DNA of 35,940 bases from Candidatus Calditenuaceae archaeon JGI OTU-1. Lineage in GTDB: Archaea > Thermoproteota > Nitrososphaeria_A > Caldarchaeales > Calditenuaceae. Below, in pieces: positions 34,301 through 35,940 of this stretch. A program made the position numbers and the translations under genes. The DNA is taken from positions 26,539-62,478 of the forward strand of contig AWOE01000004.1 in the NCBI GenBank assembly GCA_000494145.1. Reading direction: 5' to 3'. The notes beneath the pieces were generated by a model that made no database searches, was not told the origin of the DNA, and was given only the letters and a program-made list of their open reading frames with translations. Positions within the stretch are counted from its first letter, which is position 1. Every line of letters starts with the position of its first letter.

Positions 34301-35475
34301 GCGCCTACGTCAGGGTTGCGGGAGGGCTGGTGAGGAGGTCGGCGATCGAGGAGCTCGCGCAGGTTGACGCGGTGATCTTCGACTGCGACGGCGTCCTCAT
34401 CGACGTCAGGGGCTCCTACGACAGGGCGGTGATCGAGTCGGTGAGGCTGGTCATCGAGGGAGCCTTCGGGATGGAGTTGCCGGACACGGCCCTGGGCTCC
34501 GAGCCCATTTACCTTCTGAGGAAGACCGGCGGATTCAACAACGACCTCGACGCCGCCTGGATAATGGCCCTCTGGCTCTTCGCAGGGGCCGAGGAGCTGG
34601 CGGTCAGGGAGCTGGGCGAGCGGTTGGAGCGGGTCCTCGGTTCGAGGCCGAAGGGGCCGAGGGAGCTGTGGGATGCCGTCGTCGCCGAGGCACCGAGGGG
34701 CTCTTACCCGAGGCGCATCCTCCGGACGAACCCGGTGCCGCTAGAGGTGCTGCTCGAGAGGGCTCCGAGGACGGGCAGGTCGCATGCGACCCGGGACGAC
34801 GTCGAGTCCGTCGTCAGGGTGGTCGCTCAGGACAGGGGCATCTTCAGGGAGTACGAGCTCTTCAAGGAGTTCCTCGGGACGGGAAGGACCTACGGCCGCG
34901 ACCTGCTCGAGACGGTCTTCGACGACCTGTACTACGGGTCCGAGGTGGTGAGGAGCCTCTTCGGTTCAGGTCCCCACTTCGACTTCGGCAGGGGCCTCTA
35001 CGCGAACGAGGTGCCGGTCGTCGACGGCGCGACGCTCGTCAGGCTCGAGGAGCTGATCGGTTCGGGCAGGATGGGCATCGTAACCGGAAGGGACTCGGTC
35101 ACGACCTGGATGGTCTTGGGAGATCTGAAGGCCTTCTTCAGGGAGGGGGCCTGCGTCTTCATCGCCGACGAGCTCAGGAGGGGAGGTCCCGAGACCCTGA
35201 TGAAGCCGAGCCCCTACGGCCTCCTGAAGTCCGCGGCGGCCCTCGGTCCCAGGAGCTCTCCCCTCTACGTCGGGAACTCGGCGGAGGACCTCCACTCTTC
35301 GAGGTACGCGGAGTCCTACGGGCTCAGGACGCTGTTCGCGGCCGTCGTGGGCCTCCATCCGGATCCTGAGGCGGCTGCCGTCGACTTCGCCGCCCGGGGT
35401 GCTGACTTGGTGGTCGAGGACGTGAAGCAGCTGGTGGACGTCCTGGAGGCTCTGAGACGAAGGAGCATCTGGTGA
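34297..35475 (+). CDS. HAD-superfamily hydrolase with an unusually large cap insertion
   Basis: Motif I FDCDGVLID, motif II GIVTGRD, motif III KPSPYGLLK and motif IV YVGNSAEDL. About 230 residues, counted by hand, separate motifs I and II. TTG 34297 overlaps the hisD TGA as TTGA. GTG 34330 is an alternative start. Confidence 0.8.
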   Translation: MSAYVRVAGGLVRRSAIEELAQVDAVIFDCDGVLIDVRGSYDRAVIESVRLVIEGAFGMELPDTALGSEPIYLLRKTGGFNNDLDAAWIMALWLFAGAEELAVRELGERLERVLGSRPKGPRELWDAVVAEAPRGSYPRRILRTNPVPLEVLLERAPRTGRSHATRDDVESVVRVVAQDRGIFREYELFKEFLGTGRTYGRDLLETVFDDLYYGSEVVRSLFGSGPHFDFGRGLYANEVPVVDGATLVRLEELIGSGRMGIVTGRDSVTTWMVLGDLKAFFREGACVFIADELRRGGPETLMKPSPYGLLKSAAALGPRSSPLYVGNSAEDLHSSRYAESYGLRTLFAAVVGLHPDPEAAAVDFAARGADLVVEDVKQLVDVLEALRRRSIW

Positions 35476-35632
35476 CAGAAGTACACCGAGAATTTCTTTT
35501 AAATCCTCTATATTTGAATCATGATGTTTTGTAGCGGTTATATCTTCAAATAGTGGCCGGAAAATACAGTTGTGCGAAGGGGCGCCGCGGCGGGAAGCCG
35601 CGGAGAGCCGGAAAATCCCGGAATAGGGCTCG
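35476..35632 (+). promoter_or_regulatory. CRISPR leader (AT-rich, with TATA-like elements)
   Basis: 157 nt between the HAD stop and the first repeat. Its first ~90 nt are the most AT-rich stretch in the window (TTTTAAATCC, CTATATTTG, GCGGTTATATC at 35537..35544). It also holds a 10-bp direct repeat GCCGGAAAAT (35556..35565 and 35607..35616) and a CCGCGG-N7-CCGCGG dyad (35585..35603). Confidence 0.6.
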
Positions 35633-35940
35633 GTGATCCCGAGAGAGGGAGTTGAAAGTTTTTGATAGGGCTCAATCGCGGGTTAGCTCAAAATTGACCT
35701 GAACTGTGATCCCGAGAGAGGGAGTTGAAAGTGAGCCATAATTGCATGGATAGCTGCCTTAATAGTCACAAGCGCAAACGTGATCCCGAGAGAGGGAGTT
35801 GAAAGATCGGGAAGTTCATCGCGGACGTTTTCATCGGCTACGTCAGTGATCCCGAGAGAGGGAGTTGAAAGTCTGCAGTGCTGTCTGCATTAATGAAAGT
35901 TGCTGTGTTGTGAAGTGATCCCGAGAGAGGGAGTTGAAAG
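35633..35940 (+). CRISPR. CRISPR array, at least 5 identical 26-nt repeats GTGATCCCGAGAGAGGGAGTTGAAAG, truncated by window end
   Basis: Repeats lie at 35633-35658, 35706-35731, 35780-35805, 35846-35871 and 35915-35940, all identical. The unique spacers are 47, 48, 40 and 43 nt. The repeat ends in GTTGAAAG (an 8-nt 5'-handle-like tag) and the leader is upstream, so transcription is on the + strand. A weak internal dyad TCCC-GAGAGA-GGGA is present. Confidence 0.95.

Overview
Visibly GC-rich, very compact archaeal chromosome segment. Archaeal identity rests on RadA, prefoldin beta, Nep1, archaeal-type uL22/uS13 and TATA-box/leaderless promoter architecture. I support 36 protein genes plus a CRISPR array that runs off the 3' end. 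Most content is housekeeping or metabolism: uL22, ACT protein and homoserine dehydrogenase, a pfdB-DHH-ecfA-ecfA'-ecfT operon, radA, uS13, a TPP enzyme, a Zn-ADH, SCP2, a split MetE pair, TrpRS, Nep1, an etfB-etfA-fixCX operon, a SucC-like protein, a split glutamate-synthase-like locus and hisG-hisD. Many junctions, including those between unrelated genes, use 1-4 nt start/stop overlaps, and many track ORFs are over-extended or are GC-driven shadow ORFs. The stretches most worth a second look are listed here. (1) A divergent DUF763(HhH) / HerA-like ATPase / NurA-like nuclease module with no Mre11/Rad50 in the window. (2) A permuted, four-domain glutamate-synthase-like locus. It contains a degenerate second FMN-barrel paralogue, and the catalytic Cys segment of its amidotransferase has no canonical start codon, being one base out of frame with a GTGA-coupled GTG. 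(3) A large-cap HAD hydrolase translationally coupled to hisD, a candidate missing histidinol-phosphate phosphatase, lying directly next to the CRISPR leader. (4) An AT-richer 380-bp spacer upstream of hisG with hairpins and SD-preceded mini-ORFs. (5) A 26-nt-repeat CRISPR array with no cas genes anywhere upstream in the window. No tRNA, rRNA or mobile element could be supported. All functional calls come from motif recognition by eye, not from database searches.
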